From assembly GCA_964057225.1 (NCBI GenBank), contig OZ059895.1:7440001-7504000 (forward strand): a DNA stretch of 64,000 nucleotides. The letters run 5' to 3'. The notes under the pieces were generated by a model that saw only the letters and a program-made list of their open reading frames with translations, was not told the origin of the DNA and made no database searches. Below, in pieces: positions 27,041 to 40,028 of the stretch (the stretch's first letter is position 1; each line of letters starts with the position of its first letter). This DNA comes from Auanema rhodensis. Lineage: Eukaryota; Animalia; Nematoda. The position numbers and the translations under genes are program-made.

Positions 27041-27334
27041 TTTTTCAATGTTATAAACAATTGTAATTATAATAAATGATTTATTTGATATATCGCATAA
27101 TGTAACAATAAAAAACCAGCAAAATACAAACAACAATTCAACCTGGAAAAAAAAAATGTAGACTATTCAAATTTTCAAATTCTTACCAGTTGGTTGATCA
27201 TTCGTCCTCAATTGATGAGCCATTGATGGATATTCGCAAAAGCTGGAAAAAAAAATGTTACGGCTGAGAATATAAAAATGCCACATAACAAAACAAGAAT
27301 AAAACGCCAATTGTGCTATTTGTGCTTGTTGTAG

Positions 27335-27921
27335 TCAAAATGAAGGATCAAAGCGGATAAACATGTTCAGGTTGAGTGCTTCTGGACTTAGTTTAAAGTA
27401 GAATACATTCTGCTTATAACCAAAAGTCTTTATAGTAGCCTCATCTGCATATATAACAATATAGCCCATATTGTTCAACAATTGCTTGCACGTCATGGTG
27501 TTATAAGAGCGCATCTAAAAATAATTATAAAATTGAAAATAAATAAATATGCAAGCTTACATTAATAGAGAACTTTTCGGGCTTATAGTGACGAAATTCC
27601 TTCAAAAGACCCAACGCATCATTCCTTCCTCTACACTTTATACAGAGGCTGAAACAGTGATACTCGTCTATAACCTGCAATGATTCCCTACAAGTTTTGC
27701 AGAGACAAATTGGTCTCATTAATACACTCCTTGGTGGAGTGCTCTCTCTCAGAATCTCCATCTGCTTTATTGGTGAATCTAAATTAAAGATTTAATAAAT
27801 ACAAGTTAAGGTTCATACCAAAATTTGTAAAATTTGGAGCTGGTGTGGGTGGTCGTGGTACTTCAGGTTCAGGCGATTTGCGCACAACATTTGTCACATC
27901 AGCAAGTACAGCACGCTTCAT
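27335..27921 (-). CDS. Spliced Maverick accessory gene (3 exons, 166 aa): D-box, CDK sites, Cys/Zn cluster
   Basis: Exons 27921-27819, 27778-27561, 27514-27335, joined by 40- and 46-nt GT-AG introns in phase; TATAAAAG about 150 bp upstream. Protein MKRAVLADVTNVVRKSPEP..DSPIK..STPPR..CLCKTC..HCFSLCIKC..FIRFDPSF. Confidence 0.72.
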
Positions 27922-28072
27922 TTCCGCTAAAGATCCAACTTTCTAAAATATAAGGCAAACTTGCAGAGAGGAGCAGTCTATGGCGAATGGCAAAGAGTGG
28001 CAGGAGATGGTGAAACGTCGGATCCTCGGATAGTCGGCAGAGCTGAAATGTAAATGTAGCAAAATTGCCAAC

Positions 28073-28080
28073 CTTTTATA
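28073..28080 (-). promoter_or_regulatory. Candidate TATA box of the right-end gene
   Basis: TATAAAAG on the minus strand, followed by TTTCAG and TTTTAG acceptors (possible trans-splice sites) before the ATG at 27921. Confidence 0.45.
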
Positions 28081-28550
28081 CAAAGATTTTTGTAAAGTAC
28101 AACCCATTGTGTTACAATCAAGTTTGCTGATGAAATTCTTTTATTAATTAGATTTTACAGCATATTTATGCAGATATACTCATCTCATCGACAGTTGCCA
28201 GCAGTTGGCGCACTCTGAACCTGTAAACAATCTGCATATTAATTAGTTTTTACATCTCTTTAAACATTATTGTTTACCGTTTGTGCCATAAACAACAGCC
28301 AGCTCTGTAAAACATTTAGGCTTTTTAAACTTTGCTTAATAGCTCATATATTATTCATAGTATACTTTTACACCCATATTGTAGCACAAAACATATGACT
28401 GCCAACGTTTTATATGTGAAAAATATTTCATTCTTTAATATTTACCAATGATTATATTACGAAACTAAAACTTTTGAAATGTTAAAATGATTATACTATA
28501 TTTAAACCCCCACAGTGCAGTTATTACTGTTTATTAACCATCGATATGCG

Positions 28551-29549
28551 TTGAGGTCAGCGCAACTGTTTGTTAATCTTATTGTATTTACCTTCAATGT
28601 GTGCTCTATTTAGTTATTGTATTGTTATATTAGTAAAATAAAGTTTAAAACTAATCTTTTATTATAATTTGAAACCTTTACTTGTTAGAATAAATATAAT
28701 TAATAACAATTCGCAATTTCAAAAATTAATAATTTAATGTCGTTCTTATCGAATTAACCTTCGATATGTGTTCCATTAAATTTTGGTATTTCATATCGTT
28801 CTTATCGAATTAACCTTCGATATGTGTTCCATTAAATTTTGGTATTTCATATCGTTCTTATCGAATTAACTTTCGATATGTGTTCCATTGAATTACCCAT
28901 AACAAGTACGGTGAACAAAATTATCTACATGCAAAAATTTTATTGATCTTTAAAATAAAAACAATACAAACACAATACAATAAAAAATAAACAAATCAAG
29001 TAAACAAACATTATTAATAAATATAATAAAGAAATAAATAAAATTTAAAAACAAATTTATATATTTAAAATTTAAATATAATTTATATATAAAATTTAAA
29101 GTTTAAATATAATTTATATATATAAAATTTAAATATAATTTAAATAATTAAAGTTTAAATAAAATTTATATATATATAAAATTTAAATATAATTTAAATA
29201 TTTAAAATTAAGATTTTTATTTTTACTTAATATATTTAAAAATAATTGAAAATATATACATACATTTGAAAAAGCATATTTAAATTTGATTTTAAAAAAA
29301 AAAAAAATATTTAAAAAAAAAAAATCAAAAAAAAAAAAAATCATGCTTTAAATCATGACTTTTATATTTAAAAAAGGAAAATCCATGAACCATGATCCTA
29401 AAATATGATTTTAACAGCTGACGCTCAAAAATATGTTTTTGACAGCTGACGCGCCCCAAAAGTATGTTTTTAGCAGCTGACGCCCCCAAAAGTATGTTTT
29501 TGACAGCTGTTTGGGGGCGTGGTTAGTAAATTTTGCACGGCTCTCTACT
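28551..29549 (-). repeat. Maverick right terminal inverted repeat (about 999 bp; 3 cores of the 55/56-bp repeat)
   Basis: Reverse complement of 13813-14821, with scattered substitutions and indels inward of the outer ~180 bp. Confidence 0.93.
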
Positions 29550-29670
29550 GGTAAGCTTCAAAACTATAGGGGAGGTTGAAATGTTTTTAAAGTTATTTTT
29601 CAGGAATGGAATAAGAAATCTAGAGAAGAAATAAAAGAAAGTAATAGAAAGGGGGGACAATACTTTTGAG
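29550..29670 (+). pseudogene. mariner transposase remnant, 3' part
   Basis: Continues the frame broken at 13812: (RG)VSFKTIGEVE..FFRNGIRNLEKK*KKVIERG..QYF, the typical mariner C-terminus. Confidence 0.8.
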
Positions 29671-29770
29671 AATAAATGTAAATCAAAACAACAAAATATT
29701 AATATTAAAAACATCCAAATAAAGATTTAAAATTGAAAAAAAATATTTAAATATTATATTCCTTGACAAT

Positions 29771-30791
29771 ATGAAGCCTTCGCCTCTGAATCTCAACCGA
29801 AGAACAGTTGAGAAGAACATCAAGCAATACAGAGAAAGAGAAAGTATTGAACCTCTTAAAAAAACAGGAAGACCACGGACCATCAACGTTTCGAAGATGA
29901 GAAAGATCATTAAGAAGAGGATTCGGAGGAATAACGAGCTCAGTCTCAACAAATTGAGTTCAAGCCTCAACATCTCAAGAAGGACTGTTCAACGGATCGT
30001 CAAAAATAAGTTGGAGCTTCACAGTTATCGCCTCACTCGCTCACATTATCTGACTGAGAGTGCCATGAAGAACAGGCTGGAAAAAGCTAAGCTGCTTCAC
30101 GAAATCAATGAGGGCCGCTTGATCAACGTGTTACGGACGGATGAGAAAAATTTCACTGTTGAACCATGTAAAAATCCACAAAACCACCGTCAACTTTTGA
30201 AGAAGGATCAGAAGAAAAGAGGAGATGTTAAAATAGTTGGAAGAAAACTATTTTCATCGATAGAAACACGAAAATTAACGCCAAAACCTATCAAGACGAG
30301 GTTTTATCGGCTGTACTACTTCCGTGGATGCAAGAGAATTTCAGAAACAACAGCATGATTCTCCAACAGGATTGGGCTCCAGCCCATGAAGCCAAAACAA
30401 CAATTCGCTTCTGCGAAGAGCATTTTCCAGGTATCTGGAACAAGTCTTCATGGCCATCAAACTCGCCAGACCTCAATCCCATGGACTTCTCTGTTTGGTC
30501 ATGTTTAGAAGAACCCATCAGGATTAAAACATTCCGATCAGTTGATCATCTTAAACAAGAATTACTACTTTCTTGGGACAAAATTGATGAAACGTATCTG
30601 CGGGTCACGGTTGGATCAATAGAGCGTAGACTGAAAGCTTGCATCAAAGCGAAAGACTGACATTTCGAACATTTCTTATAATTTTAGTACTGTTATTATA
30701 TGTTTTAGCTGTTAATAAAATTTGGTGACAATTCGTTTAATTTTGAACTTATGATTGAATTCACTTGCGAACATACTTAAGCGCCACCCTG
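29771..30791 (+). mobile_element. maT / DD37D-type Tc1-mariner transposon, 5'-truncated and internally deleted
   Basis: GRPR, TDEKNFTVE..NPQNHR, QQDWAPAH..WPSNSPDLNPMDFSVW with 37 residues between the last two Asp; right end ..GCGCCACCCTG followed by TA. Confidence 0.87.
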
Positions 30792-31169
30792 TATATTGAC
30801 ACACCTAACATTTTCGATCAATTTTCTGTTGAGATGTCGATTTTATTTTTAATTTCCTATTTTCATGCTCAAATGTTATATTTTCATGTCATTTTCATAC
30901 TTTTTACAATTTTGATGGATGTCGATGGATGTAGATTTTTTTTACCAAGTGGTATCATAAAAATAAAGCCTAATAAATGACTAATCTGAAGAAAGATCTA
31001 CCAAGTGTTACAAATCTTGAACTTCTGGCTTTAGTAGAAAAATTATTAATCAAGAATTTCCGAGGAATCTGCAGTAAGCGAAACATTAAAGATCTGATTG
31101 AGCTAGACCAAACCTAACAACAAAGAACTCATTTTCTAATTAGTTCAAATTTATCTAAATTCCAATCGA

Positions 31170-31612
31170 TATGAATAGTCGGCTTCAGCTTGCGTAGTTA
31201 ATCAACTCCCAGAACATTGACATGCTCGAAGTAGGTGCCGATTCTACTCACTTGACACTCGACTCGTGTATCCTGTTCCTAAATTTCATGCAATATGATT
31301 TTCAAATAAGAATAGTATCTGGAAACCTGGATGGCGAAAGGGTTTTACTACCCGTCGATGACATTTCCGGAGCCAAAAAAAGCCTCCAGGGGCACGTGAA
31401 CGGACTTTCGTGTCAATCAGACACCATATCTTGATTATTGGGGAATCGGATTTCCCGGCACGTTGGAAAGCCAAAGGTGCCATGAACCTGGAGTTTGGTC
31501 CATGCAAGATTCCATCGACAGGGAACGCGGGATCAGAGAACGTGCCTGCACAAATGTTTGACATCCTTAGCACGTTCGATCTATAACAACAAAGTTTTAA
31601 AATAAAAGCCAT
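31170..31612 (-). pseudogene. Single-domain retropepsin-like aspartic protease pseudogene
   Basis: IWCLIDT, then (1-nt frameshift) SPFT; after an intron, FEHVNVLGVD*LRKL, the retropepsin hhGxDxL motif; several stops. Confidence 0.55.
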
Positions 31613-31856
31613 ATCAAAAAGCGTACTTTTTCTAACCCCTCTTCTTTAATATCCCCAGCATGATGTCGAATTCATCATAAGGTATGGCCAACAGCCCAAC
31701 CATCTGCTCCGCTTGAAGACCCGCTCTAAAATTTTGAATAAATAGGCGGATAAAATAACTAAGAGAGTGTATCTATATTTACAATTTACAGGTTTCCCTC
31801 TATGGGGAGTAGCTATAATAAGTATAATAAAACTTGAATATATTATGATATAAAAA

Positions 31857-31920
31857 CTGAATCATTATTGGTTATTGCTTAATCATTATTGGTTATTGCT
31901 GAATCATTATTGGTTATTAT
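31857..31920 (+). repeat. 21-bp tandem repeat x3
   Basis: AATCATTATTGGTTATTGCT(T/G) repeated. Confidence 0.85.
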
Positions 31921-32403
31921 TGACTGTAGAAAAGAAATCTTAAATAAGAATTGAACATTCGTCGATATCTGGATACCACCGTATCTCATATAGGTATCAC
32001 ATTTTAACAAAAGTACGCCTGACGGCAAAAGGGGCGTGGCTAAAAACGGCGGTATAGATACGGAAAAAGCGCCCTACTTATATTTAACTCTTCCTTATCA
32101 TAATGTAACGAACAACATTCGACGAAAAAAGAAGAACTTTCATTGGTACATCCGCATCTCTCAGGTGTTCTTCCCTGTGACTTGTCTCGCACTCAAAAGA
32201 TACTGTAAATTCCGTTTTGATAGAAATCCATAAAAACAATTATAGAGAGAAAAAGAGAAAAAATAGCTGAAATGTTGGGCGCGCACCAGCTTTACATAAA
32301 TAAGCGGGAGTGCTTTATGCCTGATCCGAGGGGTCTGGGGGTATCCCCTTAAAAAATTTGAGAGGCCAGTTCTATTCTAAATGAAATAAAATATTTTTAT
32401 TTT

Positions 32404-34196
32404 GTATTCGCATGACTGTAATAAACAAAATGATAGCATAGTATCATCCGTTGCCACAATTAATAAAAATTTAGACCAATTTGTTTACTTCTAAGGTTTA
32501 ATTTATTTGAAAAAAAAAGTTTGTCAAAGTTATAAAATTCCTTTTTGGATTTAGATTATATGAAAATTGGAAAATGATTGTTTAATTTTCATAAAATTAG
32601 AAATTATTATTATCTTCAAGTAATTATTTCCTTGTATTTCTTGAACATCTTATCTCTAATGATTCTTAATGAATGATTAGACCTTTGGAACTTTGTAATA
32701 TAAAACGGAACTTGGCTACAATCGCATTTAAGATTATAAAAATATATATTTAGTGATGATAATTAAAAATTGTATACAAAGAACATGAAAAAGATGAAAA
32801 TATTCTTCATTTGTCTAACTTTATTCGTATTTAGTAAGAATTTTATTTTATTTTTTATCTTTTTTTTCTAAAATAAGAATTTAGCAAAAGCATGTCCGGT
32901 TGGTTGGGTATATGGCGATGACTCGTATTGCTATAAGGTTTTTAATTCTTTCTAAAATGTTTTATAATTGAAAATATGTTTTATTTGAGGTAATAAACAA
33001 TCATAAGAATATAAATAGAGATACAGCTTCTACATATTGTAATAACTTCGGTGGATATCTTGCCGCTCCCAAGAATGCTTTTGTCAGATAGATAAATTAT
33101 AAAATATATATTATATACATTTAATTTCAGCTTAATAATCTTATTTTGTCAATGTCAATCGACTCTAACTATGTATGGATAGGAGTCAGGTGTACTGGAT
33201 CTCTTGTGACTGATTGTGAATATGACGATGGAACTCGATTTACTAATGAATCTTATTATAATTTCTTACCAAGTAATATTGAAGATTTAAGGCTCATCAA
33301 AACAAATAATTATTTTTCAGTTGATACTCATTTGGAAAGTGATCAATGTACTATTCTAGATGCTGTTAGATTTGATGACGAACCAAATTCTGAATGGCAA
33401 AGTATACGTTGTACATCGTCAGTGCTCGCTTATGCTTGCCAAATTCCATACAAAGGTGAGAAACTCGAAATATAAATTTCTTTGAATTTTTTTTCAGTTA
33501 TACCAACATGTCCACCTGAATATTCTCAAAATGGAGATTCATGCTATAAGGTTATAAGCATGGCACAAACTTATGATGATGCTGAAGCTTTATGTTCAGC
33601 CAGCTGTGGCCATGTTGCAACTCCAAGATCAACGGCTGTAAGTCATCATTCTCTTGATTCTAAGTTCTATTATGGAAATTTCAGGAAAATGATTACATTA
33701 CGTCATTAGTTTCAAATTATTCTTATACTTCTGATTATGTACGATTAGGAATATCATATTATAACAAACAATATTATGATTCAAATACAGGTCATTCCAT
33801 CTCTTATAATAACTTCGGTAATTCAAATAAGTTCAATATGAGTTTTTTAATTCTAATCAGGTACTTATGATCCAAGTGTGGGTAATTGTGTTGAATTATC
33901 CTTAAACAGCGGAAAATGGAATTCTACTAATTGTAATAAGCTTATGAAGTCCGTATGTCAAACAGGTTTTAACGTTTTCCGGTATATAATGAAATATTTT
34001 TATTTTTAGTTCAAAAAGGATACCCATGTGTAACAACTACCCCAACTCCAACTCATATCTGTACATCTCCATTCTATTTTGAGAATAATGGAACTGTATG
34101 TTTCATGTGGTGTATGAGTTCAGTAATGCTATTCCTTCTTCAGGTTTCATCTCCTAATTATCCAAATACATATAATGGAGAAACATGTACTTATAT
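32404..34196 (+). repeat. Duplicated segment, copy B
   Basis: Matches the three blocks within 8036-9961. Confidence 0.93.
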
Positions 34197-34991
34197 TATA
34201 AAAGTTTCTGAAATAAACCCTGTGCAATTTGTCATCAAGGAACTGAATTTGACACAAGGCAGTAGATTGGAAATGTACAATGATATTACAGATAAACTAC
34301 CATATCTTACGTATATAAACTTACAAACATTCTCTTTTTAATTTCATTTAATCTTTCAGTTTATACAATAGTGATGGTATCATTGGTAAATCTATTTTTT
34401 TACATAATTCTGTTATGAAACTAGTGGCCAAAAGTCCATTAGGTGGAAATAACCTGTGGTCTTTATCATTTGATTCATATGTCACATATATACCTGAAGC
34501 TTCACCTAAAGGTTCAGGCTGTAATGGATCACTATATGATGAAGGATCTGTTAGATGAATTATACCATTTTTGAATTCATTATTTGAATTTAGTTGTCAA
34601 GTCCTAACTATCCAAATAACTATCCATATAATACTATATGTTCTTATCATTTATACACTGATGCTGGTAAAAGGTTAATTAAACGTTGAAGTATATTGAG
34701 AACATAGTATTTCTTCAGAATTACTCTTTATAAAAATGATATTAGAATTACTATTTGGGATGAAATTATTGTTTATGATGGACAAACCATTAACAATCAA
34801 ATAATTGGAAGGTAAATTTTTATAATTTTCATATTTCAATGAATAGTCTCTTCAATTTTATTTTCAGATTTTCTGGACATGAACCAACATTTATGCCTAT
34901 CGTATCAACTGGTAATCACATGTTGGTTAAATTTATAACTGATGGCAAACACACTGATTCCGGCTTCTATTTGTCCTTCTTAAGTGATTAA
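32785..34991 (+). CDS. Secreted C-type lectin (2 CTLD) plus 2 CUB domain protein, copy 2
   Basis: Same exon layout as copy 1; YVWIGVRC, WQSIRC, SSPNYPNTY, SSPNYPNNYPYNTIC, FITDGKHTDSGF; stop at 34989-34991. Confidence 0.82.
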
Positions 34992-37262
34992 TATTGAATA
35001 AATAAATATTTTAATAATATCTAATTAATTTTTTAAGTTTTATGTTCAAAAGTTGAAAATGATTCCATATTTTAGAAAAAAAAAGTTATGAAATGTAAAA
35101 AATGTTTTCGTTATTGTATTCCTCTTTTTTCTTCTTTCGAGAACTTTCTCTCATCATTTTTTGAGATTTCAAGGCGGAACATGCTGTATCTTCATGTCCA
35201 ACTTGGATATATTCAAGAAGATAACAATGGCCAACTTTATTTGATATTGAAGTAACGATTATAATTTTCTTATTCGTCTGATTAATCTCATTTATCTGAT
35301 TTATATGTAGTTAATAATGGATTCATTACAAGTCCAACATCGGATGTTGTCAGTAAGAATTGGCTTTAAATCAATTGAATCTTGAACCTTTTGAAACTTG
35401 TACATATATTATAAATTAAAAAGAACATAATGAATACATAACTTGATGAATAATGATATTAGTTAGAGAAATCTTTCTCACATGTATATTTCAAGTTCAA
35501 GCTGATATGTTCACATAGTTCATTTCAGTTCATTTCAATAGTTCTTTACTTTCACATCATATCCAGCAATTCATCATACATCTTCACTTACAGGTTCCGG
35601 TTGTAAGAATACTTCCTCAGTTAACAATATAGGAATCAAAGCCATATATCCTAAATCACTTCCTTAAGTACGAAAGACAAGTTGTGAGTTAGATGTTCTC
35701 ATTTGGAAAACCAAGCAATGCTAACATTTGTCCAGACGACGAGAATAGAAAAGAAACTCTACAAAGAAAGTTTTATAAGTTTCAATTGAAATTTATTTAA
35801 CTAAAAAATTTGTTTTAGTATCTTTAATAACTTTAAACTTCAGTAAGCTTGATATTTGAAATGATTAAATATTTGAATTCTTTGAATTAGAGTACATGTT
35901 AAGTTCTTTAGTTTTGACCGATTGTCAATCTGAAAATTATGTCAAAGATACTTTTGTTAAACAGAAATTCTCAAGGGAATTCGATAAGTGCATTATCAAT
36001 GAATATAATTCTTATTTTTGTTTGGAAATATAACTTTTATTCAAAAAAATTTTTTTTTAAAGTTTTTAATTAATAAAAAAAATTTTAATTTTCAATAATA
36101 ATGATGATGATGATGATGATAAACATGAAATTTTTGATTAAAACGTCAACAGAAAACAGAAAAACTTCTCAGAAAATATTTTGGCTCAATTCCCCAAAGG
36201 TTAAATATTAATCAAAAAAAAATAGTTTGTAAACAAAAAAAAGAGCAATATAAAGAAATAACAAAAAAAGGTATTAAGAATATGTTAGTTTATTGTTTTT
36301 AATTATTTATTATATTATATTTATATTTATTATATGATAAATAATATAAAATATTATAATTTGTTTAACCTTTGATTTGTCATCTACTTCCGTAAAAATC
36401 TTTATAGAATAATTGATTGTAATTGAATGTGTATTGTTAAAAAGAATGACAATGCTCTTCGATTAGAAGAGAGCAACATCTTTAGGATTTATTTCTCTTT
36501 TCAACTTACAAAGAACATGTCAATTCTCTAATTGCACAACTATTCTATAAGATTACATAGATATCACATTGAGCTTTGAACATTGACAAATATTCACAAG
36601 AATAAGTTTTAAAATTATAGAAACTTTACTATGTAAAAGGTTTAAAACCATTGTGAAAATGCTTGACATATTTTAAAAAGAATACGGATTATTCAGGAAA
36701 TGTCTAGATGCTTACAAGCTTTCATTGAAGAAATGTTCCTATTTGCCGTACTTTCCCATATAGCATAAAGAAGTGGGTGGGGCAATGAGTCTGGCTGATG
36801 CGATGAGAGAAGCACTTGATATGTTCATGCTGCTTTCAGAAGTCATTCTTCAAGACCTATCTCATCTCAAATATTTCATTTTCTTTTAATTTCGTTATTG
36901 TCATCATCATTTCAAGCAATTGACAACATCGATATACGAAATCCACGTTGCTATATATTTAAATCATCTCATTGCCACATATATCCAATGCTTCTACTCG
37001 TCAATATCAAAAGTATTCAATTGCTATGTTGAAAGTCTGATACAAGGTAGGTTAAGCTATTGACTTTTCTCAGCTAAACTAAAACTTTAGTCTATTTAAT
37101 TACCCTAACTGACATCTAGTATATCTACTAAATCTACTCTTGACATACAGCTTTAACGTCAAAATCCACGTATTCACGTGACGCATCTAGCTATTCTAGT
37201 TTTAATACTTAATCAGGAATACTAACAACAATACGGTTGAATTTGTTTAAGCTTTGTAGGCA

Positions 37263-39166
<1,904 letters not shown>

Positions 39167-39255
39167 TTCAAAACGTGATAAAATCTATTGTTTATTCTTA
39201 CTAATCAAATATTGTCATTTAACTATTGGCAAGCAGTTTACTAATTTTCTTTTCT

Positions 39256-39258
<3 letters not shown>

Positions 39259-39286
<28 letters not shown>
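39259..39286. repeat. (TA)n microsatellite
   Basis: About 14 TA units. Confidence 0.9.
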
Positions 39287-39289
<3 letters not shown>

Positions 39290-40028
39290 GATTTTTAATG
39301 GAAAATATAGTCAAGTCTTTTAGAAAAAAAGCATATTTTGTATATAAAGCTTAATAAAAACATGACAAACAACACATGCATTTTCATTTTTTATACTAAC
39401 CAACTCGGTCGTTCTTAATGAACAATACAATTGATGATACTACTTATTCTACTAATCAACAATGTATATCAACTCCTTCTTTATTTTATAATAATTTTTA
39501 TTGACAGATTTCCTACACTGGTCATGGTACATATGTGTCGAAACATTTTATTTTTTCATATTTCTATTAACTACATGGAGAATTCATAAATCGGGAATTT
39601 TTAAGGTAATTTTGCAACAAAACTACAAAACAATGTTAACATGTGTTCACTTATAATAGAATGATGTGGATCGTATTACTGTTCATCATAGAATTCATAA
39701 AGAAATGATAGAAAAGCAAGAGAGAATTTTTGTCGAGAAACAAGAAGTTCAATGACTTATTAACAGCGAAACAAAAACTTTTTTTAGGAATTGATGTCAC
39801 CGGCTAGGATGAAAGAAACATAATGTATAACTAACATAAATAACTTGAAAACAAAACAAACAGTATTACAAACTATTACCTAATGAAATCAAAGTAAGGT
39901 AGAATAAAACACCAAATATTGACGTTACGATACATTAGTAATTTTGAAACTTTTCTTATTTAACAGTTCGAAGTATATCTAACAGTTTGGGAATAAAAGG
40001 GATGTCATGCATGCAGCAAGTTGAAAAA

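Larger units (their letters stand above)
13813..29549. mobile_element. Complete Maverick/Polinton (virus-like self-synthesizing transposon), 15,737 bp
   Basis: Termini 5'-AGTAGAGAG...CTCTCTACT-3'; about 1-kb TIRs; perfect 6-bp TSD GGTAAG (13807-13812, 29550-29555); encodes pPolB, integrase, MCP, mCP, ATPase and cysteine protease. Confidence 0.97.

Noticed and set aside
35170-35770. Exon-like pieces on the minus strand (e.g. GYMALIPILLTEEVFLQPEP)
   Set aside because: Stops and no coherent model or recognisable family.
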